The notes beneath the pieces are model-generated. The model saw only the letters and a program-made list of their open reading frames with translations. It was not told the origin of the DNA and searched no databases. 64,000 bases of DNA from an uncultured Candidatus Bathyarchaeia archaeon (lineage in GTDB: Archaea > Thermoproteota > Bathyarchaeia > 40CM-2-53-6 > DTDX01): assembly GCA_964608455.1 (NCBI GenBank), contig CAZSNM010000005.1:4069-68068 (forward strand), in the 5' to 3' direction. Position 1 is the stretch's first letter. Every line of letters starts with the position of its first letter. Shown here piece after piece: positions 28,999-38,052 of the stretch. The position numbers and the translations under genes are program-made.

Positions 28999-31344
28999 TT
29001 ATTCCCTTCTTTTTCTAATTAATCTCGGTAAAAGTGTTGGATCAGGAATAATATTTTCTTTCCATCCCTTCTCCTTTAAAAATTCTAAAACTTCATCTTT
29101 CATAGTTATCGGTATGTCGGCAACTGTTCTAACGAATAGATGAAGATCATTAGGTAATGTTCCATATATTTTTTTATGCAAATCTATATAATGGGTAAGC
29201 TTTATTGCTCGCCCCTTTGTTGTATCATTTGGTCTCATGCAAAGCTTTGGAATCATAACTATCGCTTCTTCTTTACTTTCAGCTGAATAAAACAAATGTT
29301 CTGGAACTGGTCCAACATAAACTTTTTCTCCAGTTCTAGCATCATAAACATACCAATCTTCTTGATTTTCTTTTTTTCCTAAAAGCATTCTTCTATATTT
29401 AAATCCATGAGGGCCGACTATAACTGGTATTCCCAGCCTCCAAAATCCGCTGGCTATTGAAGCAGCTTTTTGAGACATTGCTCCCCAACCTACTCCAACA
29501 GCTCCAACTCTATTTAAAATATAATCAGCTATTTCCTCATAGTTTCCACGAAGTCTTCGTTTAGCAAATATGCTTGCTATTTTTATAGCTGCTCCAGCTA
29601 TATGAGAATTTGAAACACATGAACCAACATTGCTTACACCTCCAGCATCGAAAACTCCAGGATACATTTCATAAATTGTTTTTCCTTCACCATTTTTGTG
29701 CATAGCCATAGACATTGCTGCGCAGCCTGAAGCAACAATTATATAGTTTCTTTTAGCAAATTCCTCAGCCATTTCAGCAACCTCTTTACCGCTTTTAGGG
29801 TAGTTAGCGCATCCAACAAATGCTATAACGCCTGGAATTTCACCTAAAACTATTGGGCTTCCAACCTGACGAATTTCAACATCTTGAATAGCTCCTCTTC
29901 CAACTCTAATTTTAAATTTTTCCTCTTTAAGATTTTTCTCTGCAGCAACCTCCATAAAAGAATGAATGGGAAGGTCAATTGGGCAAGCGCTTTCGCATCT
30001 ACCGCAACCTATGCATAAATCCAGTAAATCAGCTAAATTTTTTAAATTTCCTTTTGAAGCTTCTGTTAATGCTTCAGGAATGGGCAAATTGTTTGGGCAA
30101 GCTCTGGAACATTCAAAACATTTTCTGCATTTTTTAGCTCCTTCAATAACACCTTGAATATCTGGAATGGCTTTAAATTTAGCTCTTTTAGGTGCAACTA
30201 ACAAAGCTGTTTTAACAGCAATTTCCCCCACTTTTTCTGGATCAAGTATTAAAGCACCCGGTATCACACCATTAACTAATTCATTAATTACATTGGTAGG
30301 CTGCTCAAAGGTTTTATCAATTAGACCTAAACAATTTTTCTCGCTTGTAGCAATTAATGGAGCTTTAATTTTTTGAGCTTCACTTAAGGCATCAGCCCTA
30401 ATGCATTGTTCATCCACAACAATTACATCTGGAATTCCAGATCTAATAAATCTTAACTGCCAAGATATTGGTCCGACAATTTTAGCTTTAGGATCATATC
30501 TTGAGAGGTCATGCGCTGTACAGCATATTCCACAAACTTCAACTTCATTTTTAAGTCCATTATCCTCTAAATAATCAACGATGCTTATAGCTGATGGAAC
30601 ATTATGACCTATAACAAGAATTACTGGTTTAGAGTTATCAACAACTCCAAAACCTATTTCAGTTAATGGGGCGTCAGGATCAGCTTTAGGAAAGCCATAA
30701 GCAGAAATCTGAGCTATATCAGCTACCTCCATAGCTGTATGATCAAGCATTCCTGCATGGAAAACCTTTGATTCAAAATCTATGAAACTCCCTTCTTGTC
30801 CAGTATGAGTGGCTGAAAGCAACTTTACTATTTCCCTTTCTACATAATTTAAAACTTCTTCCAAATCTCCTAATGTTTTAGGTCTTATTCCACAAACCAA
30901 TCTAATAATTGGAGCTTCAACTTCAACGCTTACACCTCCAACGTCTATTGGCCATTTTCTACCATATTTCTCTATTAAGTGCTCTACTAAATGTCTAGCA
31001 TGAGCTGTATGCGTAGCAGCACCAATACAGCATGCTAATAAAACTATTCTTGATTGTTGAGCAGGCATTGTTAAACCGCAAGCACCTTTTTTATCCTTTG
31101 TTAAATCGCATTTACCCATTGTGCATAAGCAGCAAACATCGCAAAAAGGCATATAAAAAGGTTTGTATCTTTCAAGAAGCTTTAAATCCCAATTTCTTAA
31201 ATCTGAAATAGATGGGAAAGGTGTAGGACCAGTTTCTTCCTCCCAAGCTTCCTCAAGAATTTTCCCAATAGAAATTTCAAAATCTTTTATTTCACCTAAA
31301 CTTGTTTTTAATTCCCCTATTTTTAGCTTTAAGGTTTTACTCAT
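28999..31344 (-). CDS. cdhA: ACDS alpha subunit (CO dehydrogenase catalytic subunit, CdhA)
   Basis: 781 aa with multiple Cys clusters (CDVCCLC, CRKCFECSRACP, CIGCGRCESACP ferredoxin-like inserts) and CODH C-cluster-region Cys/His. Confidence 0.9.
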   Translation of the reverse strand: MSKTLKLKIGELKTSLGEIKDFEISIGKILEEAWEEETGPTPFPSISDLRNWDLKLLERYKPFYMPFCDVCCLCTMGKCDLTKDKKGACGLTMPAQQSRIVLLACCIGAATHTAHARHLVEHLIEKYGRKWPIDVGGVSVEVEAPIIRLVCGIRPKTLGDLEEVLNYVEREIVKLLSATHTGQEGSFIDFESKVFHAGMLDHTAMEVADIAQISAYGFPKADPDAPLTEIGFGVVDNSKPVILVIGHNVPSAISIVDYLEDNGLKNEVEVCGICCTAHDLSRYDPKAKIVGPISWQLRFIRSGIPDVIVVDEQCIRADALSEAQKIKAPLIATSEKNCLGLIDKTFEQPTNVINELVNGVIPGALILDPEKVGEIAVKTALLVAPKRAKFKAIPDIQGVIEGAKKCRKCFECSRACPNNLPIPEALTEASKGNLKNLADLLDLCIGCGRCESACPIDLPIHSFMEVAAEKNLKEEKFKIRVGRGAIQDVEIRQVGSPIVLGEIPGVIAFVGCANYPKSGKEVAEMAEEFAKRNYIIVASGCAAMSMAMHKNGEGKTIYEMYPGVFDAGGVSNVGSCVSNSHIAGAAIKIASIFAKRRLRGNYEEIADYILNRVGAVGVGWGAMSQKAASIASGFWRLGIPVIVGPHGFKYRRMLLGKKENQEDWYVYDARTGEKVYVGPVPEHLFYSAESKEEAIVMIPKLCMRPNDTTKGRAIKLTHYIDLHKKIYGTLPNDLHLFVRTVADIPITMKDEVLEFLKEKGWKENIIPDPTLLPRLIRKRRE

Positions 31345-31449
31345 TTTAAATCACTTTTTTTACTTAAATTTAAAAAAAGACAAAAATAAACCTCTTAATT
31401 TAATTCTTTGAGTTAATAGAGTTATTCTTAATGGTATTTTAAAGATGTT

Positions 31450-33363
31450 TTAGCTTTTTAAACTTTTTTCTAAAACTGGATGATTAACTTTTTTTAGGAA
31501 AATTTTTAATTCCTCAATGTTTTTAGCTTCTTCCTCAGTAGCTATTTTACCATAAAGTTCACTTGGAATAGCATCTTTCACTTTTTCTTTCAGAGCTTTA
31601 GGCATCCATACAATTCTATTCCATCCACCATCAGCTTTCAAAAATTTGCGAGATTTAATATATTCTATTCCTATGCCCAAAAAACCTTCAACTTGTTTTC
31701 CTCCACCACAGAATCCAGCCATAGCTGGAAAATTCATTCCATTAACAGTTGGTTCTCTAAAACTTCTGTCTACAATTCCTATTCCATCAATTTCAGGAAT
31801 ATAAAAGGCTATTGCTTGAAAACATCCGCAAGAAGTATGAGGATGACCAAATATACTATGAAGATAAACTTTAGCTATAGAATTATGAGATTTAACTTTA
31901 ACAGCCTCATTTACACCACTCCATTCCCCTTTAACAGGATCTATACATTCCCCTTTATTTATTGGAAAGTTTGGTCCTGATGGATCTACACGATAAGATA
32001 TGCTTGCATCAAGCCAGCTTGTAGCACCGCATAAAGATATTCTTTCAGGAGTTATTACACATACATGGGTTGGAGCAAAAGATTGACAAAGTGTACAACC
32101 ATAAAAACAATCCACATTTTCCTCGGTTAACTCTTTTATTTTTAAATCTCTCTCCTTATATATTTTTTTGGCTTCATTAATTTTTTCTTCAACAATAGCT
32201 GGGTTAGTTAAAATTGTTACTTGAACTTTTTCTACTAAACGAGGAAAAGTTGAATGGAACATAAAGTATAGGATTTCCCCTAAATGTTTAATCTTTAAAT
32301 TTTTTTGAGTAGCCTCCTTGCTTATTCTAATCCATATTTCATCCCTAGAACCTAAATGCATTATTCCTTTAGCTTGATTTAAAAATTTATGAATACGTCT
32401 TTCAAAAACAGGTTCTAAAGTTTTCTCAAGTTTTGAACCTGCTAATTCAACTATTATTCCAAGCGGATAACTTTCCCCTTCCTTCATTTCATTAATTTCT
32501 AAACCCTCGACTTTTATTAAACCATCATTAACTTCATTCATAGATTTAATTTTAACAAGTTCAAAAGCTAAAGTTTTTCCTCCTCCAAATTCTACAAACA
32601 TTTCAGGTTTTCTTATTTTTTCACCTTCATAAATTGCCCCATACTCTATTGGTAAGGGGGGTTTAACAAATTTTTTTAACTTAATTTTTTTAGCATCGCA
32701 TCCAGCTTCAATAATTTTTTCATAGCTTGCTTGATAAATAAATAATGGGAAATCTTTTAGTTCAGGTTGATCAACAATTACAGGTATTCCTAAGCTTGAG
32801 AGCCCCACACCTATAGCCAAACCTTTATTATCAAGTTTTCCAAGCATTATAGCGAAGGTTGGAACCCTATTCTTAATATAACTTTTAATAGCTTCTTTAT
32901 CTCCAGGTTTAACTCCCCCAAACATTAATGGTGCTCTAATAATCAAATTTGCAGCATGAACAATTGATGAAAATTCTAATCCTAAAGGAATAATTTTTTC
33001 CTCTAAACCAAATTTAATGCCTATTTTCTCTATTTGATTTAAAACTAAACCTGAAACTAAACATAAAAGGTTTGTTTCTTGAATATCTTTGAGTAATTCT
33101 TCAGCAAGCGATTCTGCTTTAGCTAAACCATAAATTAAAATTACTCCTGGAATTGTTCCATTAGCTAACTCTAAACTAACTTCTCTAAAAGTTGCATCAG
33201 AAATAAAGCGTTTCAATTCTTTATTAAAAGCGTAATTAATAGCTTCAATAATTTCAAGCCCCATGAGTGAAGCTAAACCAATATTTAAAAGTTTTTCTTC
33301 ATTTTTACCTTCTTTGCTAATTAAAGATTTACATAAAATTATTGCTCCATTTAAATCTTTCAA
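31450..33363 (-). CDS. acetyl-CoA synthase (CdhC/AcsB) paralog with an N-terminal extension
   Basis: The C-terminal 400 aa are roughly 70-80% identical to CdhC (CFYGCTLCQSFAPTHVCVITP, HTSCGCFQAIAFYIPE). It carries an extra ~220-aa N-terminal domain; 637 aa in total. Confidence 0.8.
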   Translation of the reverse strand: MKDLNGAIILCKSLISKEGKNEEKLLNIGLASLMGLEIIEAINYAFNKELKRFISDATFREVSLELANGTIPGVILIYGLAKAESLAEELLKDIQETNLLCLVSGLVLNQIEKIGIKFGLEEKIIPLGLEFSSIVHAANLIIRAPLMFGGVKPGDKEAIKSYIKNRVPTFAIMLGKLDNKGLAIGVGLSSLGIPVIVDQPELKDFPLFIYQASYEKIIEAGCDAKKIKLKKFVKPPLPIEYGAIYEGEKIRKPEMFVEFGGGKTLAFELVKIKSMNEVNDGLIKVEGLEINEMKEGESYPLGIIVELAGSKLEKTLEPVFERRIHKFLNQAKGIMHLGSRDEIWIRISKEATQKNLKIKHLGEILYFMFHSTFPRLVEKVQVTILTNPAIVEEKINEAKKIYKERDLKIKELTEENVDCFYGCTLCQSFAPTHVCVITPERISLCGATSWLDASISYRVDPSGPNFPINKGECIDPVKGEWSGVNEAVKVKSHNSIAKVYLHSIFGHPHTSCGCFQAIAFYIPEIDGIGIVDRSFREPTVNGMNFPAMAGFCGGGKQVEGFLGIGIEYIKSRKFLKADGGWNRIVWMPKALKEKVKDAIPSELYGKIATEEEAKNIEELKIFLKKVNHPVLEKSLKS

Positions 33364-33645
33364 AGTTTCAATTTTTTTCCCGAGTAATCCATAAATTAAT
33401 GGTAAAGAGTATATGGTTTCTGGAAAAGTTATTGGAGTGTCTTCCCTTAGTTTTTCTAAGGCTTTTTTTAAATATTCCTCAGATAACTCTATAATTTCTT
33501 TAGCTCCAGAAAAAGCTAAGGAAAAGTTATTTAAACTCAGAATTTTTAGCCCCCTTTTTTCAAAACATTTTTATATAATACTTTGTTATATTTAATTTGA
33601 ATAGCAACATTTTTAAATTTTTCTATCTTTATAAGGTGTAGAAAA

Positions 33646-33825
33646 ATGTGTGAATTTAAAGTAATTTTAAATGGAAAAGTTATTTTTGAAGATGTTATAT
33701 ATGCTAAAACTGAGGGAGAAAAAATTATTCTTAAAAATATTTTAGGCGCCTTAAAAGAGGTTGAAAAATGTAAAATTGTTGAGGTAGATGTTAATTCTGA
33801 GCGTTTAACATTATCCTCAATTTAG
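33646..33825 (+). CDS. cooT: CooT-like nickel-binding CODH accessory protein (not in the ORF track)
   Basis: 59-aa ORF MCEFKVILNGKVIFEDVIYAKTEGEKIILKNILGALKEVEKCKIVEVDVNSERLTLSSI. It has the MC N-terminus and size of CooT, lies directly upstream of cooC, and has GGTG 10 nt upstream. Confidence 0.5.
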   Translation: MCEFKVILNGKVIFEDVIYAKTEGEKIILKNILGALKEVEKCKIVEVDVNSERLTLSSI

Positions 33826-33837
33826 AGTGATGTAATA

Positions 33838-34614
33838 TTGAAAATAGCTGTTTCTGGTAAGGGTGGTGTTGGAAAAACCTTTATAACAAGTGTTTTAGCA
33901 AGATATTTTCTTAAAAAAGGTTTTAAAGTTTTAGCTATAGATGCTGATCCATCTCCTAATCTAGGTGTAAATTTAGGTTTAACTTTTAATGAAGTGAAAA
34001 ATATAACACCTATATCGGAAAATTTTGATTTGATAAAAAGCAAAACCGACTCTGGAGTCCCAGGTGTATACAAGTTAACTTTTGAAGTTGAAGATGTAAT
34101 TAAAAATTACTCAATAGTTACTCCAAGTGGAGTAAACCTGATTATTATGGGAATTGTTAAATCAGCTGAATCGGGATGCACTTGCCCAGCAAATGCCTTT
34201 ATTAAATCATTGCTTAAACATTTGCTTAGCAAAAAAGATGAAATAGTAATTATGGATATGGAAGCGGGAACAGAACATCTTGGAAGGGGAACAGCCAAAT
34301 ATGTGGATTTAATGCTTATAGTTTCTGATTCAAGTTTAAAATCATTAGAGATAGCATTTAAAATTTATGAATTAGCAGTTAACATGGGTTTAAAACGAAT
34401 ATTTCTTGTTGGAAATAAGATCTTAAATAAAAGGGATGAAGAAACCATATTAAGCTTTTCCTTTAAAAATGGATTAAACGTTATTGGGTTTATTCCATAT
34501 GATTATAAAATAGTTGAAGCTGATTTACATGGAGAATATTCATATGTATTTCAATCAAAAAGCATTTATGCTATAGAGGATATTGGAGAAAAAATATTAA
34601 ATATGAAAAATTAA
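33838..34614 (+). CDS. cooC: CODH nickel-insertion accessory ATPase CooC
   Basis: MinD/ParA-type deviant Walker A KIAVSGKGGVGKTF; the CxC motif (SGCTCP) is typical of CooC; 258 aa. Confidence 0.85.
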   Translation: MKIAVSGKGGVGKTFITSVLARYFLKKGFKVLAIDADPSPNLGVNLGLTFNEVKNITPISENFDLIKSKTDSGVPGVYKLTFEVEDVIKNYSIVTPSGVNLIIMGIVKSAESGCTCPANAFIKSLLKHLLSKKDEIVIMDMEAGTEHLGRGTAKYVDLMLIVSDSSLKSLEIAFKIYELAVNMGLKRIFLVGNKILNKRDEETILSFSFKNGLNVIGFIPYDYKIVEADLHGEYSYVFQSKSIYAIEDIGEKILNMKN

Positions 34615-34635
34615 ATTGAAAAAAATTAAAAATTT

Positions 34636-35535
34636 TTATTTTTTAGCTTGAGAAATAACATAATCAGCTATTTCGCTTGCTATATCAATTTTAGTTGTTG
34701 TTTGTAATCCTCTCCATCCAGGTTGAGAATTAACCTCATTAATAAATAGGCCTTTATCGCTTTCAAGTAAATCTACCCCAGCTATTTCGCAACCTAAAAC
34801 TTTAGCTGATTTTACAGCTAATTCTTCAGCTTCCTTAGAAATTTTTGTTTTCACTGGTTTAGCACCTAAACTTACATTTGTTTTCCAAGTTGAAGCGACC
34901 CTATGCATAGCAGCAACAACTCTTCCATCAATAACAAATGCCCTTAAATCTTTCAATCCATGAGGTATATATTCTTGAACATAAATAACATGCTTAAAAA
35001 ATCTTAATGTTCTAAAGCTTCTTTCAGCTATATCAAAGTTAGATATTCTAGCGATTCCAATACCTCTTGAGCCAAAAACTGGTTTTACAACGATATCTTT
35101 AAATTTCTTAAAGCTTAATAAAGCTTCTTTAATATTTTCTGTAACGATTGTTTTTGGTATTGGTATTCCAGCATCTTCAAGCAAAGCTAAAGTATAATAT
35201 TTATCAACAGCCTTTTCTATGGCTGAAGGCTTATTTATAACATTTAAACCTTTTGAATAAAGTCTATGAAGCGTGTTAACTTGAAAAATTATTTCTTCAA
35301 GTGATCCTCTACCCATAGGTCTAACAAGCAATGCTGAAAGCTCTTTAATCGGATTTATTCCTTTAACTATGAAAGGGGGTTGAAAACCAACTTGAGCCTT
35401 TAATTGGTTAAAGTTAAAAAAGAAGGGGGATACCCCTTTCTTTTTAAAGGCTTTTCCTAACCTAGCTGAGCACCAAGCTTTTTCATTTCTAGTTAAAATC
35501 CCTATTTTCACTCTTGTTTCACTTGAAAACCACAT
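34636..35535 (-). CDS. RimK-family ATP-grasp ligase (MptN/CofF-like alpha-L-glutamate ligase)
   Basis: 299 aa with ATP-grasp motifs (VVKPVFGSRGIGI, FINEVNSQPGWRG). Confidence 0.65.
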   Translation of the reverse strand: MWFSSETRVKIGILTRNEKAWCSARLGKAFKKKGVSPFFFNFNQLKAQVGFQPPFIVKGINPIKELSALLVRPMGRGSLEEIIFQVNTLHRLYSKGLNVINKPSAIEKAVDKYYTLALLEDAGIPIPKTIVTENIKEALLSFKKFKDIVVKPVFGSRGIGIARISNFDIAERSFRTLRFFKHVIYVQEYIPHGLKDLRAFVIDGRVVAAMHRVASTWKTNVSLGAKPVKTKISKEAEELAVKSAKVLGCEIAGVDLLESDKGLFINEVNSQPGWRGLQTTTKIDIASEIADYVISQAKK

Positions 35536-35882
35536 CTAGGGCAAAACTTTGCTTTAGAAGGAATTTTAGATTTGCAATTGGGGCATTCAATTGTTAAAGG
35601 TGGGGGAGGAGGAGTTGGAATTGGACGTAAGGATGGTGTTGAAGGTTTTTGAAGTTCAATTTCCTTATTTAATAATACAACATCTCCAATAGATTTGATG
35701 CTTGACCATTCAATTTTAGATTCGCTACCATCCCTCATTGAAACAAGAAGAGAAACAATCCCTTCAGGAATAGAAATAATTAATTCTTTAACATTTCCAA
35801 CTAGGGTTCCATTTACATCTATAACTTGTTTTCCCTCAAACTCTCTGGAGGAAATGCTTGTTTTTTCATTTTTTTTACTCAT
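35508..35882 (-). CDS. PRC-barrel domain protein with a C-terminal zinc ribbon
   Basis: PRC-barrel-like GKQVIDVNGTLVGNVKELI plus CPNCK...CPRCG; a proline-rich linker. Overlaps the RimK start by 28 nt. Confidence 0.5.
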   Translation of the reverse strand: MSKKNEKTSISSREFEGKQVIDVNGTLVGNVKELIISIPEGIVSLLVSMRDGSESKIEWSSIKSIGDVVLLNKEIELQKPSTPSLRPIPTPPPPPLTIECPNCKSKIPSKAKFCPRCGFQVKQE

Positions 35883-36057
35883 TAGAGTTTACCTCTAAAA
35901 GCTTTCATTAAAATATAATTTCTATGGTTTAAAGATAAAAACTTTTAAACTCGACTTATTTTTAATTAAAGTTTTAACCATAAATCCATAAATAAGTTTT
36001 TTCGATTTTATAAGGAAGAAGGAAATAAAATGTTTAAGAAAGAAGGGGATTAAAATT

Positions 36058-36624
36058 ATGCGTGCTAAACCAACATTTTTAGGTTTGGCAATTCTTCTTT
36101 TGGGTATTTTACTTATTTCCTTAAGCTATAGAACTTATATGGTTGAAGTTAAAAAAATTAAAAAGGAACCTTTAATTGAAAAATCTAAATTTATAGTTGG
36201 AGACTTTAAAGTTTTGCAAAAATATTTAACAAGCGGCTATTCAATAGTTTGCTATGGTAAAGTTTACATCCCTGAAACTGGAAATTTAAGCGATATAAAT
36301 TTTTATATTATGGATGAAGAAAATTATGGTAAATGGTTTAAGGGGAAAAATGCTGAAGCGCTTTTAGAAAAAAAGAAAGTAACAATTTTAAATGTTTCAA
36401 TACCAATAACAAGCAATGGCACATATTATTTTATTTTTGATAATACATATGCTGAACTTTATAAAAAAGAGGTAGAATTTGAAGCTTATAAACAATATGA
36501 AGTAATTGAAACTGAACCTACTCAAATGAAAACATTAATTAATTTAGGTTTACCATTAACTTTCATAGGGCTTATAATAATGATTTATGGAATATTAAAA
36601 AAACCTGAAATAACTTGGATGTAA
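36058..36624 (+). CDS. membrane-anchored hypothetical protein
   Basis: 188 aa with N- and C-terminal TM helices. Confidence 0.4.
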   Translation: MRAKPTFLGLAILLLGILLISLSYRTYMVEVKKIKKEPLIEKSKFIVGDFKVLQKYLTSGYSIVCYGKVYIPETGNLSDINFYIMDEENYGKWFKGKNAEALLEKKKVTILNVSIPITSNGTYYFIFDNTYAELYKKEVEFEAYKQYEVIETEPTQMKTLINLGLPLTFIGLIIMIYGILKKPEITWM

Positions 36625-36633
36625 AAAATGGTT

Positions 36634-37602
36634 TTAACGATAGTTTTGCAAAGCTCTTAAACGCTTTACAATATTTGGATGGGTTGAAAAAAGCTCGATT
36701 ATTCTATCTGCTAAGGTTATTTTTCTTTGCAATAATTGCTGAACTAAATCTTTTTCTCTTCCAAAGTATTTATACAAAGTTTTAGCTTCTTCTTCAGCTT
36801 TTTCAGGATCAGCTATAAGCAATGCTTTAAAACTATTTAAACGATTTGCATAAAACTTATAGTAACGCCCTATTCGCATTTGACTTGTTGAAAAAACTAT
36901 TTTAGCTAAGGCTCTTGACAATTTTTCAGCTCCATTCGGAATTGCTGTAGCACTTAATTGATCAGCATAGTATTCTCTTAACCTACTTAAACCAAGAACT
37001 AAAAGCGTAAGAATCCAATAAGCAGCTATTGAAATTAAACCTATTAAAGGCGCTAAAGAGTTCCCCCCTTCCCTACTATCCCTTCTGTAACTTGAAAACA
37101 TTAAGCTATAACCTATATAATAGAATAATGCTGGTAAAAGCGAAGCAATCATCATTATTTGTACATCCCTATGCTTTAAATGACCAAGTTCATGTCCAAT
37201 AACAGCTTCAACTTCATCTTCATCAAGTTGATTTAATAATCCTGAGGTTACAGCAATCCTTGAACCGGCTATTGGAGAGCCATAAGCAAAAGCATTTGGA
37301 ATAGGAATTTCAGCAAGCATTAATTGAGGGGTTTTAAGGTTGATTTTTCGGCATAATGCTTCTACAGCAGCATGCAATCTTGGATTTTCCTGTTTAGAAA
37401 GTTTTCTAACCCTATAAATGGTGTCAATCAAATAAGGTGCAAAAAGCCATTGAACCAAATTAAAAAGCACAACTAAGCTTGCTAAAAGGATTACATTAAA
37501 AACTCCAAGTAAGGTTAGTATTATGGTCAATATTAAAGTTGATACTCCAATGATTAAAGCTAAAGTACCTATCATGGAAAGCCTTAGCTTCAATAAGCTC
37601 AT
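36634..37602 (-). CDS. htpX: zinc metalloprotease HtpX (M48)
   Basis: HELGHLKHRD zinc motif within a four-TM topology; 322 aa. Confidence 0.8.
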   Translation of the reverse strand: MSLLKLRLSMIGTLALIIGVSTLILTIILTLLGVFNVILLASLVVLFNLVQWLFAPYLIDTIYRVRKLSKQENPRLHAAVEALCRKINLKTPQLMLAEIPIPNAFAYGSPIAGSRIAVTSGLLNQLDEDEVEAVIGHELGHLKHRDVQIMMIASLLPALFYYIGYSLMFSSYRRDSREGGNSLAPLIGLISIAAYWILTLLVLGLSRLREYYADQLSATAIPNGAEKLSRALAKIVFSTSQMRIGRYYKFYANRLNSFKALLIADPEKAEEEAKTLYKYFGREKDLVQQLLQRKITLADRIIELFSTHPNIVKRLRALQNYR

Positions 37603-37761
37603 TTCAAGTCACCCAATAAAAAATCTACTAATGCCTAAATAAAAATCTTATCTCTTTTAAATAAAAGCGTTAAATAAGGTTTATTAATTTAAAAAGCGAA
37701 AGTTTTAAAGCTTTTAGTGAAATATAAAATGGAGTATACAGGAAAAGTATAAGGGATTAAA

Positions 37762-38007
37762 ATGAGCAATATTAGCAAAAAAACAATAATTGTAGATGAA
37801 AACTTATCAAAAATTATTGGTGTAGATGCTGGAACATTGATTAGTTATAGTGAATTAGCAAAAGGAATACATGAATATATAAAAACTCATAATCTAAAAA
37901 AGAAGTCTGAAAAAACAGAAAAAAGAAAGTTTAAGTTTTGCTTTAAGTGTGGAGCTCAAATACCTGAAAAAGCAATATATTGCGATCAATGCGGAGCAAA
38001 ACAATAG
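37762..38007 (+). CDS. small zinc-ribbon protein
   Basis: 81 aa; C-terminal CFKCGAQ...CDQCGA. Confidence 0.45.
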   Translation: MSNISKKTIIVDENLSKIIGVDAGTLISYSELAKGIHEYIKTHNLKKKSEKTEKRKFKFCFKCGAQIPEKAIYCDQCGAKQ

Positions 38008-38052
38008 AGAAATAAATATTAAAAATGGAATAAGAGAAATGGAGGTTACTTA

